From positions 224,261 through 288,260 of IMG/VR virus record IMGVR_UViG_3300027816_000051: 64,000 bases of DNA; one strand, written 5' to 3'. Positions 48,711-59,223 of the stretch are shown in pieces. Under the pieces are notes generated by a model. That model did not search any database, was not told the origin of the DNA, and saw only the letters and a list, made by a program, of their open reading frames with translations. Each line of letters opens with the position of its first letter. Within the stretch, counting starts at the first letter, position 1. Position numbers and translations under genes: made by a program.

Positions 48711-49936
48711 TTAACATATTCACAAAAGATATTGATTTAGAAAAGTACTTTGTTGTTACATACTTTTTAGAATCAAAAACATCATTAAGAGAGGCTGCAT
48801 GGAATTTGGCTATTGGTCAAAGTATTGGTAACCCTAACAATAGAAGCGTGTGGGAAACTGAAGAAATGTTTTTGAACCATAGTTGTTTTATAATGGAGGA
48901 TGAAGATTATTTAAAATCTTTAAAAGAAGGTATTGTAAAATTTGCATTCCCATTGTCAAACATTAATTTGGAAGAAGATGGTATTTCACAAATACTCTGT
49001 CATATAGCTGGAGGTCAAGTAGATATTTTAGAAATTCAAAAATGTCAAATACTAAATGTTGAATTACCTGAAAAAATAGAAGTTAAATTTAAATTAAAAC
49101 CCGCATTTGGTATAGATGGTTTTAGGGAATTTAATGGTGTAAACGGTAAACCTTTTTTTGGTGGTATAATTAAACCCAAAGTTGGTATGTCACCTGAAGT
49201 TTTGTTAGAAGCCGTAAAAGAAATGGTACAAGGTGGTGTTAACTTCATTAAAGAAGATGAGTTATTAGCCAATCCCGACCATTGTCCTCTTGAAAAAAGA
49301 GTTCCATTAATCACTAATTGGTTAAGAGAAAACGCTCCAAATGTGATTTATTGTTTTTGTATTAATGGTGATAGTCCATATGCACTAGAAAGAGCAAAAT
49401 TTGTTTCAGATAATGGTGGTAATGGTATACACATAAATGTTTGGAGTGGATTGGGGGTGTATAGAGCAATCAGAAAACAAAATCCTAATTTGTGGATACA
49501 TTTCCAAAAAAGTGGTGATAAATTTTTTACAGATAAAAGAGCACCATTTCACATTTATTGGCCGGTTATCTGTAAAATCGCTGGTTGGTCTGGTGTTGAT
49601 TCTATACACGCTGGTATGATTGGTGGTTACATGAATCAAGACGAAAAAGAATTAGAAGATTCTTTAAATGTTTTATGGAATTACAATATTGTACCCGCAT
49701 TAAGTTGTGGTATGCATCCCGGATTGGTACAATACATAAATGAATTGTTAAATAGTTTTGATTGGATGGCTAATGTTGGTGGTGCAATGCACGGACACCC
49801 AATGGGTACTCTATCAGGTGGTTTAGCTATGAAACAAGCAATTAACAAAGAATTCGACAAAATAGAATATAAAACAGCCATTGAAAAGTGGGGAAATAAA
49901 GAATTTAATCCCGATTTGGCTTACAGATTTTTTTAA
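48707..49936 (+). CDS. RuBisCO-like protein (Form IV, non-carboxylating)
   Basis: IIKPKVG, FIKEDE, DSIHAG, ALSCG, GGAMHGHP; equivalents of E60, N123, H294, K334 appear substituted. Confidence 0.9.
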   Translation: MINIFTKDIDLEKYFVVTYFLESKTSLREAAWNLAIGQSIGNPNNRSVWETEEMFLNHSCFIMEDEDYLKSLKEGIVKFAFPLSNINLEEDGISQILCHIAGGQVDILEIQKCQILNVELPEKIEVKFKLKPAFGIDGFREFNGVNGKPFFGGIIKPKVGMSPEVLLEAVKEMVQGGVNFIKEDELLANPDHCPLEKRVPLITNWLRENAPNVIYCFCINGDSPYALERAKFVSDNGGNGIHINVWSGLGVYRAIRKQNPNLWIHFQKSGDKFFTDKRAPFHIYWPVICKIAGWSGVDSIHAGMIGGYMNQDEKELEDSLNVLWNYNIVPALSCGMHPGLVQYINELLNSFDWMANVGGAMHGHPMGTLSGGLAMKQAINKEFDKIEYKTAIEKWGNKEFNPDLAYRFF

Positions 49937-49942
49937 AATAAA

Positions 49943-50641
49943 ATGAGAATATTAATTACAAAATACCATAAAGCCGGTGATGTAATCGGATGGGAGAATG
50001 GAGTCGATAAACTTACAAACGGTGAGGATGTTTATATTGATGTAGAAGAGCAACCAACAACAATACCTGGTTTAAAATTTAAACCTCAAATGATTGGTTA
50101 TGATAATGATAATGAAGATTATTTTTGGAAGTTTTGTACTGCCGAAGTCTCTCAACAAAGTTACGATTTAGTAAAAGAAATCACAAAGGATTATATGACA
50201 CATGGTATATTAGAAATTGGAGTTTCAAGAAATTCTGATGGTTCTTTTTGCCACGCAATGTTGTTTAATAAGCCTGACCACATACCTTATTTAGGTGTCG
50301 ATTTAGATGATAAATCTTATTTAAATAACTCATCTAAAAAAATACATACCATTCAAGAAAATTCATATAACCAAGAATTGATTAGAAATTACATGAAAGA
50401 AATTGGTATAGATAAAATATCAATTCTTTTTATTGATGGTCACCATTCGGTGAACACAGTTATTAATGATTGGTTATATTCAGATTTATTATCTGATAAT
50501 GGTATTGTTATTTTTCACGACACTAATTTTCATACAGGACCTACAATCTTTATCGAAGCAATTGACAGGAATCAATATGATGTGGTGAAATATTTTGAAG
50601 AGTATAACGATTACGGAGTGTCTATTGCGTATAAAAAATAA
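49943..50641 (+). CDS. Class I SAM-dependent methyltransferase (Methyltransf_24-like)
   Basis: ILEIGV...LFIDGHH...GIVIFHD. Confidence 0.8.
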   Translation: MRILITKYHKAGDVIGWENGVDKLTNGEDVYIDVEEQPTTIPGLKFKPQMIGYDNDNEDYFWKFCTAEVSQQSYDLVKEITKDYMTHGILEIGVSRNSDGSFCHAMLFNKPDHIPYLGVDLDDKSYLNNSSKKIHTIQENSYNQELIRNYMKEIGIDKISILFIDGHHSVNTVINDWLYSDLLSDNGIVIFHDTNFHTGPTIFIEAIDRNQYDVVKYFEEYNDYGVSIAYKK

Positions 50642-50644
50642 TTT

Positions 50645-51484
50645 ATGAAAGTAGCGGTTTGTTATTCTGGAATGATTAGAGGGTTTTTAGGGAATATTGA
50701 AAACCACAAAGAATTTTTATTGTCAAAATATGATTGTGATGTTTACCTCAGTTTTTGGGATGTTTATGGATTTGGTTATTTACCATTTTCAAGATATAAA
50801 TCTGATAAACACATTAGATTCAACATTGAAGAAAATAAGTGTGAAGTAATTCCAATTATTGAGTCTGACTTGATTAGTGAATCAATTAAAAAAGAAATAA
50901 TACATAAATTAAATCCTAAAAATTACATATTTGAATCATTCAAATCATATGAACCAACACTACAAGAAAGGGAAAAACCTTTAATTGAAAAATATGAATA
51001 CAATGAAACAAATTGTAATATCGGTCAACTATTGGCTTGGAATACCTTAGGTGGTTATTATAGAATATACAAATGTGGTGAAATGGTTAAAAATTCTAAC
51101 ATTAATTACGATGTTGTTGTTAGAATGAGACCTGATAGTATTTTAGAAAATACGGTGATTTTACAAAAACCGGAAAATAGTATCATATATGGTAATCAAC
51201 ACGCATCTTGGGGTAATGACACAATAAATGATTCTTTATTATATGGTAATATGGAATCGATGGAAATCTATAGAAATATGCACAATCATTTAATAGACAT
51301 ATTTCACAAGACCCAAGGACCCGGTAACGCTGCTGAACATTTATTGTATGTTTATTTAACAAGTATGGGTTTAAAAATAAACAAAGATTTATATGCACCA
51401 ACACACAGTTATCACAATTATAGAGAAAAAGAAAAGTCTGAAGAATTACAAAATTCAATTTGGTTTAAAGAATTAGGAAAATAA
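50645..51484 (+). CDS. Putative glycosyltransferase (VAVCYSG..R family), paralog 2
   Basis: VAVCYSGMIR...YDVVVRMRPD. Confidence 0.65.
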   Translation: MKVAVCYSGMIRGFLGNIENHKEFLLSKYDCDVYLSFWDVYGFGYLPFSRYKSDKHIRFNIEENKCEVIPIIESDLISESIKKEIIHKLNPKNYIFESFKSYEPTLQEREKPLIEKYEYNETNCNIGQLLAWNTLGGYYRIYKCGEMVKNSNINYDVVVRMRPDSILENTVILQKPENSIIYGNQHASWGNDTINDSLLYGNMESMEIYRNMHNHLIDIFHKTQGPGNAAEHLLYVYLTSMGLKINKDLYAPTHSYHNYREKEKSEELQNSIWFKELGK

Positions 51485-52287
51485 TGAAAGTTGCTGTTTG
51501 TTATTCTGGTATGTTGAGGGGATTTGAAGATTTTATAAAAAATCATCATGACTTTTTATTGTCAAAATATGACTGCGATATCTACTTGAATTTTTGGGAC
51601 GTATATGGGTATGGTGTTCAACCATATTCTAAGTATACATCCAAAAATCATTATCGATTTACAGGATTTCATGGTGAAAATAAAAATAAAATCGAAGTCA
51701 TACCAATAACAGAATCTGAATTAATAGACGATGAAACAAAAGATAGGATAATATCAAAACTAAAACCAAAAGATTTTGTTTTTGACTCATTTGTTTCAAT
51801 GGAGCCATTTTTTGAAGAAAAGGAAAAATATTTTTACAAAAGGTGGGATTTAGATTCTATGAGTTTGCAATTACCATCACTATTAATGATGAATGTCATG
51901 GGAATGTATTATCGAATATATAAATGTGGTGAAATGGTACAAAATTCTGGTGTAAAATATGATATTGTTGTTAGAAATAGGACTGACACGACCTTTACAA
52001 GCGAATTGATTTTACAAAAACCCGAGCCAAATACAATTTACACTAATTCAGTACAATCTTGGCCCGAAGCAGTAAATGATACACTACTTTATGGTAACAT
52101 GGATGTAATGTGGAAATATCAAAAAATGTATCTTGATTTATTTTCACTTTGGGATGAAGTGGCGGTGTGGAATTCTGCAGAACATTTATTATACAAGTAT
52201 TTAAAGACAAACAATTTTATAATAAATTCAGATTTGTCAATGATGACACATAATGAGAATACATACAAACTAAGGAAATCGAAATGA
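51484..52287 (+). CDS. Putative glycosyltransferase (VAVCYSG..R family), paralog 3
   Basis: VAVCYSGMLR...YDIVVRNRTD; closely similar to 50645. Confidence 0.65.
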   Translation: MKVAVCYSGMLRGFEDFIKNHHDFLLSKYDCDIYLNFWDVYGYGVQPYSKYTSKNHYRFTGFHGENKNKIEVIPITESELIDDETKDRIISKLKPKDFVFDSFVSMEPFFEEKEKYFYKRWDLDSMSLQLPSLLMMNVMGMYYRIYKCGEMVQNSGVKYDIVVRNRTDTTFTSELILQKPEPNTIYTNSVQSWPEAVNDTLLYGNMDVMWKYQKMYLDLFSLWDEVAVWNSAEHLLYKYLKTNNFIINSDLSMMTHNENTYKLRKSK

Positions 52288-53195
52288 ATTTTATAAATAG
52301 ACTATTCAATAATAAAAATGATAAAGACATGATTCAAAATTTGAGATTTTTAATTAATACTCATGATAAAAACTTGTCTTTAGCGGAATTGTCTTTAAAA
52401 CATTTTTTTAAACATAATAAAAGAGATGATTTAAAAATAACAATTGTAAGTAATAAATTTAATACGGAAGATTTAAAATATTCCGATAAAGTCACATATT
52501 ATAGTAGTAATATTAACTTACATTGTCAAGGATATCATTTTAAAGAAACTATGCTTAGTGCTTTAAAAGAAATAAGTGAGGATTACATTTTCTTTTTATT
52601 AGATGATTATTTTTTTATTGAAGAAATAAAATACCATGATTTAAACGATGCATTGAATTTAATTAAATGTGAAAATATTGACTATTTTGGTTTTGATGAT
52701 ATTGGTGGTATTTTAAAACTTAGCGATTTTGAAAAATTAAATAGTTCTTGTGAAAGTAATATTAAGGATGAACTTTATTTAAGACATAAGGATTATCAAT
52801 ATTTGTTTAGCGTACAACCATGTATTTGGAAAAGAAAATCACTAATTGAATTATTGGAAAGTCATGAAAATATATCATTACATGATTTGGATGAGACGAA
52901 ACCATATATTAGAGAGTCCGGTTTAAAATTTAAAAGTACAATGTCAGGATTAAGGTCCTGTTTTGATTATGCTTTTAATATTGATTTACAAAAAAGACCT
53001 GATGATTATTATATTATCGCATACACTGAGATAGTAAGACACGGGTGTTTTAACATACCTGAAAACGGTAAACCAGTAAGTCCAAATGACTATAGTGTAA
53101 GATTTACATATAACTTAATTGAAGAGGAGGATTTGGGTAGTAAAAAAGAATTTAGACACCTGTTACCACCTTCTCTACACAAACTAAACAATTAA
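52284..53195 (+). CDS. Putative GT-A glycosyltransferase
   Basis: YIFFLLDDYF; SVQPCIWKR. Confidence 0.6.
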   Translation: MNFINRLFNNKNDKDMIQNLRFLINTHDKNLSLAELSLKHFFKHNKRDDLKITIVSNKFNTEDLKYSDKVTYYSSNINLHCQGYHFKETMLSALKEISEDYIFFLLDDYFFIEEIKYHDLNDALNLIKCENIDYFGFDDIGGILKLSDFEKLNSSCESNIKDELYLRHKDYQYLFSVQPCIWKRKSLIELLESHENISLHDLDETKPYIRESGLKFKSTMSGLRSCFDYAFNIDLQKRPDDYYIIAYTEIVRHGCFNIPENGKPVSPNDYSVRFTYNLIEEEDLGSKKEFRHLLPPSLHKLNN

Positions 53196-53196
53196 A

Positions 53197-54222
53197 ATGA
53201 AAGTAACTTGTTATTTTGAAAGAGGTGCGTTACATTGGTCTAATATCAGTGCACATAATTTTGTTTATAACAAATTGGTGGAGATGTATCCTGAGATTGA
53301 ATTTAATGCGGTACACACCGCGTGTGATATAATCACACAACCTGATGGTTCCCAACAATCAATGAGAAGTTATACAAACTATACCGGACCCGCTTGTAGA
53401 TATGGTCCTTTTTGGATGGTTATTCAAAACGTAGAAAACAAAAAATATTTCGTTGTTTCATATTGGGACAAATTAAATGATTTTTTTCACACCAACTGGG
53501 ATACAGAAAACTGTGTTGAGATTTTTACAAGTATTGGGTTACATAAGGACGACATTTTTTATAAAAAACTTGATTTACCATATACTCCAACTTCCTTTGT
53601 TGGTTCTACTTTGGAAAATGAAAGAAGAATTGAAAATCTATATTCTAATAGGTTATCAATGAACAAGACCAGTATTATCGATAAGACAAAGAGGAAATTA
53701 GGTCTACATAATATAAAAGATTCTTATGGTAGGTTGTATCCTGATAAATTAATTTTTAGAGGTTATACTTACCTTTTTAGAAAACACTTAATTAATGACA
53801 GTAGATTTGACATTAGAGTGGATAAAGTAGATGAACCAACCTATTTAAGTGAATTAGATTCCTATGCTTTAAATTTTAGTCCAAATGGTGCCGGTGAAAT
53901 ATGTTTTAGAGACTTTGAAATTATGGGTTTAGGTTCCGCACTGTTTAGACAAAAGTTAGGTGTGGAGTTTCACAATAAATTAATACCAAACTACCATTAT
54001 ATATCTGTAGATTTTGATGATATACCCACTAACACCGACTATGTTACATATTGGTACAAATTAGCAGATAGGATTCACTCAAGATTTGAAGAAGTTAAAG
54101 GTGATTATGATTTTATTGACTTTGTTGCAGAAAATGGTAGAAAATGGTACGAGGAAAACGGTACCGCGGAAAAAAACGCAGAAATAATTGTAAATCTAAT
54201 TGATTTTAATAAAATTAAGTAA
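53197..54222 (+). CDS. Putative GT-B glycosyltransferase (GT90/exostosin-like C-terminus)
   Basis: LIFRG...SPNGAGEICFRDFE...LIPNYHYI...AENGRKWY. Confidence 0.6.
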   Translation: MKVTCYFERGALHWSNISAHNFVYNKLVEMYPEIEFNAVHTACDIITQPDGSQQSMRSYTNYTGPACRYGPFWMVIQNVENKKYFVVSYWDKLNDFFHTNWDTENCVEIFTSIGLHKDDIFYKKLDLPYTPTSFVGSTLENERRIENLYSNRLSMNKTSIIDKTKRKLGLHNIKDSYGRLYPDKLIFRGYTYLFRKHLINDSRFDIRVDKVDEPTYLSELDSYALNFSPNGAGEICFRDFEIMGLGSALFRQKLGVEFHNKLIPNYHYISVDFDDIPTNTDYVTYWYKLADRIHSRFEEVKGDYDFIDFVAENGRKWYEENGTAEKNAEIIVNLIDFNKIK

Positions 54223-54273
54223 ATAGACCATTTATTTTCAGACTAAAAATTATTAAATTTTGAAAAAATACTT

Positions 54274-55107
54274 ATGAATAACCCAAATATTGTTGTCACA
54301 TTTACCACAATACCTTCAAGATTAATCAGTAATCACCAATTCGACATGAGATATTGTTTGGATTCGTTGTTAAATCAATCCTATGAGGGAGAATATGAGG
54401 TACATCTAAACATTCCATATGTTTGTAAAAAAATAAACACTGAGTACGTTATACCAGAATGGTTGACAGAACTTGAAACTTCAAACAAAAGATTAAAAAT
54501 TTTTAGAACCGAAGACTACGGACCACTAACAAAATTATTACCAACTTTAGAGAGAATTGAAGAGGATGAAACTATAATTATTGTTGTTGATGATGATTTG
54601 GTTTACCATTCGGATATGGTAAAAGAACATGTAAACAATCAAAGTAAATGGTTAGATTCTCCTGTTGGGTATGATGGTATGCGTTCTAGAAATGAAGACG
54701 GGACTTTCTCAAATTTCTTTGGTGACACGAGGGACCATTATTACTCAGGTACTCACAGAGATTCTAGAGTTGATATCCTACAACATTACAAAACAATCTC
54801 GTACAAAAGAAGATATTTTGGTGACGACTTTAAGGAGTTTGTTGAAAAATATTACACATGGAACGATGACCTTTTTGTTTCGGCGTATTTTGCGAGTAAA
54901 AAAATTGATAGATACACCACATATTATGAAAACGATGTGGTTTACGGACCTTATGATGAATGGTTAGCAAATGTTGGTAAAACATTCCCATTAATTCAAA
55001 GTACACATCACGAATCCATTGAAGGGTGTAACCTTTTTAGGAGAGATAACGATGATGATAATTCTTCACAATTATATAAATTCATCGATTCAGGATATCA
55101 AAAATAA
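54274..55107 (+). CDS. GT2-like glycosyltransferase
   Basis: VVTFTTIPSR, DYGPLTKLLP, VVDDD, NDD. Confidence 0.7.
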   Translation: MNNPNIVVTFTTIPSRLISNHQFDMRYCLDSLLNQSYEGEYEVHLNIPYVCKKINTEYVIPEWLTELETSNKRLKIFRTEDYGPLTKLLPTLERIEEDETIIIVVDDDLVYHSDMVKEHVNNQSKWLDSPVGYDGMRSRNEDGTFSNFFGDTRDHYYSGTHRDSRVDILQHYKTISYKRRYFGDDFKEFVEKYYTWNDDLFVSAYFASKKIDRYTTYYENDVVYGPYDEWLANVGKTFPLIQSTHHESIEGCNLFRRDNDDDNSSQLYKFIDSGYQK

Positions 55108-55115
55108 TAAAAAAC

Positions 55116-57488
55116 ATGCTAGGTAATTTACACAAGATAATGTCATTTGAAAATAAAATGGTAGAACCAACTATCATTGATTCAAATCAAATTGAAAAAT
55201 TAGTACACGGATTATTAAATGTACACGAAAATAATATTGAAGGTGATGTAGTTGAATTTGGTTGTTTTGTTGGTGAGTCATCAAAATACCTTATGAAAAC
55301 GTTAGTTGAATTAAATTCAAATAAAAAACTATACGTTTACGATTCATTTGAAGGGTTACCTGATTTAACCAAATGGGAAGAAAATAGTGGATGGAGAGCA
55401 GGAACATTGAAAACAAGTGAAGAGGTTCTTATTAGTAATTTTGAAACAAATGGTTTACCGTTACCTATAATTCATAAGGATTGGTTTTCAAATGTTCCTC
55501 AGGAAAATATACCTGAGAAGATATCTTTCGCTTTTTTAGATGGAGACTTCTATAATTCAATATACGATAGTCTAAGTAAAATTTATGACAAAGTTGTTGA
55601 TGGTGGTTTTATTTTCTTTCATGATTATAAAAGACCTGACTTACCAGGTGTTGATGCCGCGATAAGAGATTTCTTACAAGAAAGAGGTTTAGAATACCAT
55701 GTGATAGAGGTTACAAACCAAGTAGGTTTAATGATTAAAAATAGACAAAACCTAAACGTAGAAGAAATATTTCCAGGTAAAAAAACATTTGAACCTAATA
55801 AAAATTTAACAATAGTTACAGGATTATGGAATATTAATAGAGTTGGTAGACCTTTTGACCACTACATAACTCATTTTAAAAAATTCTTGGAGATACCTCA
55901 AAATTTATTCATTTACATCCCTAAAGAGTATGTGGACATGGTTTGGGAGGTTAGAAGTAAAGAAAACACTTTTGTTAAAATTTACGAACTTGACGATGTT
56001 AAAAATCTTTATGCACCATTTTGGGATAAAACTCAAGAAATTAGAACAAGTCCTGAATGGTTAAGTTTAGCGGGTTGGTTACCGGAATCACCACAAGCAA
56101 AATTAGAATGGTATAATCCAATTGTACAATCCAAAATGTTTATGTTACATGACGCATCAATTTGGAATCCTTTTGGTACTGAATATTTCTTTTGGTTAGA
56201 TGCCGGAATCACTAACACAGTTCCAAGTACTCATTTAATTGAAAATAATGTTCTTCATAAATTAACCGATTTTGGTAACCCGTTTTTATTCTTAAGTTAT
56301 CCATATGAAGCAGAAAACGAAATACATGGTTTCAAATTTGATATGATGAATGAATTATCACACGACACTGTTAAATACGTTTGTCGTGGAGGATTGTTTG
56401 GTGGACATAAAGACCAATTACACGAGGCGAATTCAACTTATTATCCAACTTTAACAAGGACATTGAATGCAAATTATATGGGAACCGAAGAAAGTATTTT
56501 TACTATCATGTCCTATAATGAACCACACATCTATAAAAGATATGAATTAGATGCAAACGGTTTAATTGGTAAATTCACACAAGCGATTATTGATAATAAT
56601 GTAAATCTTACAGTATCAGATAAAATTAAACCTCAAACAAATGTAAAAAAATATACAGATAATGATGTTAGTAATTATAAAACTAACTTATATATTTTAA
56701 CATTCAATTTTCCCGAACAGGTTTTACATACCATATCATCTATGGAAAAAACACCTGATTGGTTAAATAGACCTCATTTAGTACTGTTAGATAATTCAAC
56801 CACCGAAGAAGTTAGAGAACAAAATAGAGAAATTGCTCAACGTTATAATTTCGAGTATATTAGTTTAGGTGGTAATACTGGAATATGTGGTGGACGACAA
56901 GCAGCTGCGGAACATTTTCATGAATCAGATGCGGACTTTATGTTTTTCTTTGAAGATGACATGACGGTAAATCCACCCGAATACGAAGGTCAATTCTGTA
57001 GAAATGGTTTTAGAAAATACATACCAAATCTTTACAATTTATTACATAGAATAATGTTAAAAGAAGAATTTGATTTTTTGAAACTAACGTTTACTGAAGT
57101 ATATTTTGATAACGATAAACAATGTTCTTGGTACAACGTGCCTCAACACGTTAGAACAAAATATTGGCCAAACTATGATAAATTACCGGTTAGTGGTTTA
57201 GACCCTAATGTACCTTTAACCGATTTTAAAAATATTAGAGTTATGGATGGATTATCATATATAGATGGTGACATATATTATGCTAACTGGCCAATGATTG
57301 TGAGTAAATCAGGTAATCAAAAAATGTTTATTGATGTAAAATGGGGACACCCTTTTGAGCAAACTTGGATGTCTCATAATTTTCAACAAACAAGAGAGGG
57401 TTCTTTAAAACCGGCGGTTTTGTTAGCATCACCAATTTGGCACGATAGGATTAAACATTATAGTGCTAGTGAAAGAAGAGAAAATTAA
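55116..57488 (+). CDS. Fusion: TylF methyltransferase + HtrL/YibB-like + GT2-like domains
   Basis: GDVVEFGC/DSFEGLP/LDGDFY; TIVTGLWNI/FWLDAG/GGLFGG/GTEE; FFFEDD. Confidence 0.75.
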   Translation: MLGNLHKIMSFENKMVEPTIIDSNQIEKLVHGLLNVHENNIEGDVVEFGCFVGESSKYLMKTLVELNSNKKLYVYDSFEGLPDLTKWEENSGWRAGTLKTSEEVLISNFETNGLPLPIIHKDWFSNVPQENIPEKISFAFLDGDFYNSIYDSLSKIYDKVVDGGFIFFHDYKRPDLPGVDAAIRDFLQERGLEYHVIEVTNQVGLMIKNRQNLNVEEIFPGKKTFEPNKNLTIVTGLWNINRVGRPFDHYITHFKKFLEIPQNLFIYIPKEYVDMVWEVRSKENTFVKIYELDDVKNLYAPFWDKTQEIRTSPEWLSLAGWLPESPQAKLEWYNPIVQSKMFMLHDASIWNPFGTEYFFWLDAGITNTVPSTHLIENNVLHKLTDFGNPFLFLSYPYEAENEIHGFKFDMMNELSHDTVKYVCRGGLFGGHKDQLHEANSTYYPTLTRTLNANYMGTEESIFTIMSYNEPHIYKRYELDANGLIGKFTQAIIDNNVNLTVSDKIKPQTNVKKYTDNDVSNYKTNLYILTFNFPEQVLHTISSMEKTPDWLNRPHLVLLDNSTTEEVREQNREIAQRYNFEYISLGGNTGICGGRQAAAEHFHESDADFMFFFEDDMTVNPPEYEGQFCRNGFRKYIPNLYNLLHRIMLKEEFDFLKLTFTEVYFDNDKQCSWYNVPQHVRTKYWPNYDKLPVSGLDPNVPLTDFKNIRVMDGLSYIDGDIYYANWPMIVSKSGNQKMFIDVKWGHPFEQTWMSHNFQQTREGSLKPAVLLASPIWHDRIKHYSASERREN

Positions 57489-57551
57489 AGTATTTATAAT
57501 AAATCGACTTGAAGTCATAAATGTTTTAATACCCCTATATGGACCCCGATA

Positions 57552-57779
57552 GTGATAAGCAAACTGAAACACAAGGAGACGAGATTGACCCTTTATCGAG
57601 ATACATCTCTAATGTTAGCGATGTTCTTTCTCCCCTTTGGGTACGACGCTTTATTCAAGTTATTGATGGAGGTCACTGGCTCGTATTGGGTTGCAGATAT
57701 AATTTTCTACTTCATTTCAGGATGTTTTTGGTTATCGTATATATTGTTTTCACGAACAATATCTAAAAAAACTAATTAA
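57552..57779 (+). CDS. Small 2-TM membrane protein
   Basis: Hydrophobic segments; FLPFGYDALF. Confidence 0.6.
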   Translation: MISKLKHKETRLTLYRDTSLMLAMFFLPFGYDALFKLLMEVTGSYWVADIIFYFISGCFWLSYILFSRTISKKTN

Positions 57780-58098
57780 TGTCTTTTAATTTAGATTCCA
57801 ATAATCTAAAACATTCGTAAAACCCTTCTATTTCAATCAACTCTCTATTTGGTTGGGAATTCTGGCACGGATAAAATATCTTTCCTTCGTTAAGTGAAAC
57901 ACTATATACCCAATTGTTCTTAGTCATCATTTCTACGGTTAGATAGATACCATTTTTATCAAAAAATTTATATAATTTCTTAATATCGTAATATTGTAAT
58001 ATGGATAAGCACGGTAAACCAACGTTGGGAAACATCATTTTTGAAAAGACGCTCAACGCTCTCGGATACAAATATTCAATAGTGTACCAATCCATCAT
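57772..58098 (-). CDS. Hypothetical protein
   Basis: LYKFFDKNGIYL motif. Confidence 0.65.
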   Translation of the reverse strand: MMDWYTIEYLYPRALSVFSKMMFPNVGLPCLSILQYYDIKKLYKFFDKNGIYLTVEMMTKNNWVYSVSLNEGKIFYPCQNSQPNRELIEIEGFYECFRLLESKLKDIN

Positions 58099-58178
58099 AC
58101 CAGTAATTATGTCAATTAAGATATTAATTCAAAATTATTTTCAAAGGATAAATTACTTAATTAATAATATTTATTGAT

Positions 58179-58547
58179 ATGGATTTTTTAAGTGACAACA
58201 AAAAAGAAAAGATTAGTGAGTTTGTCAAGTTTGTTAAAAGTGAACTTGATTTAGAAAAGTGCCCTGTTGTTATTTTACAAAATGGTAGAGGTGAATTAAA
58301 AACAACCGCGAGTTACAATCATTCAAAAGAGACTAAAGTAATTCGTGTAAATGTAAAAAATAGAGCTCTTGTTGATGTATTGAGGAGTATTGCACATGAA
58401 ATGGTACATCACAAACAATTTGAACAAGGTAGACTAAAAGTACAACCACCTGATATTGGTGGTGAAATTGAAGATGAGGCCAATTCTAAGGCGGGTCAAT
58501 ATATTAAGATGTTCTCCAAGAAGGATAACACTATATATGATGAATAA
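58179..58547 (+). CDS. Zincin-like HExxH protein
   Basis: RSIAHEMVHHKQ...IEDEANSKAG. Confidence 0.7.
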   Translation: MDFLSDNKKEKISEFVKFVKSELDLEKCPVVILQNGRGELKTTASYNHSKETKVIRVNVKNRALVDVLRSIAHEMVHHKQFEQGRLKVQPPDIGGEIEDEANSKAGQYIKMFSKKDNTIYDE

Positions 58548-58548
58548 T

Positions 58549-59139
58549 TTATCTCAAAAAGGTTAAAATTACTTTTACAGTAACAGCCTTCTCCCTTGTT
58601 CCATCCGACAGATACAAATCGGTAATTATTTCAGGACTCATTAAAATTAACTCATTAGGTGGTGCAACACCAACGTTATTGGTTTTAAAAGTGTAATCAG
58701 TTTTTAATCCAAAAGTGTGGTCTAAGATTGACATTCTTGTGTAGTTTGTGTATAAACCATTTGATGGGTAAGAAACCCAAAATGGTTCATGAGAGGGTTT
58801 TTGACCTCCTGGTTGAAACGACCAATCACAATACAGATTATACCCATCAAACTCCCACATTGTCTTATTCTTTATAAATCTACGCGATAATGCGGTGTTT
58901 TTATAGTTTTGAGACATTAAGGTCCCTCCACTAATAAAACTTTGTTGGTTAAATGAATTAATACAAATTGTATCGTTTTTGATAACGTCAACACTACTTT
59001 GTGAATTAACAATCACAATATCATAATCAACAAAAGTCCATTTACCACCACCCATAAACAAAACGGGTTCAGTAATTTCTTCGTATTTCTGACAACCAAC
59101 TATAAAAAAGAAAATAAAAACATAAAGTATATTTTTCAT
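58549..59139 (-). CDS. Lipoprotein
   Basis: MKNILYVFIFFFIVG-C lipobox; start moved to 59139. Confidence 0.7.
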   Translation of the reverse strand: MKNILYVFIFFFIVGCQKYEEITEPVLFMGGGKWTFVDYDIVIVNSQSSVDVIKNDTICINSFNQQSFISGGTLMSQNYKNTALSRRFIKNKTMWEFDGYNLYCDWSFQPGGQKPSHEPFWVSYPSNGLYTNYTRMSILDHTFGLKTDYTFKTNNVGVAPPNELILMSPEIITDLYLSDGTREKAVTVKVILTFLR

Positions 59140-59223
59140 GATATTCAAATTTTGAGCTAAAATAGGTATATTTTTATACAATACAAGAAAATTTTAAACA
59201 TTTTTTTTGGTATTTATAGGGAT

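Noticed and set aside
48707-49936. True rbcL / CO2-fixation auxiliary gene
   Set aside because: Residues equivalent to E60, N123, H294 and K334 appear substituted; no rbcS or prk nearby
41115-57488. Bacterial capsule locus or eukaryotic giant-virus origin
   Set aside because: No transport or housekeeping genes; flanks are phage-like with bacterial promoters, terminators and an endolysin
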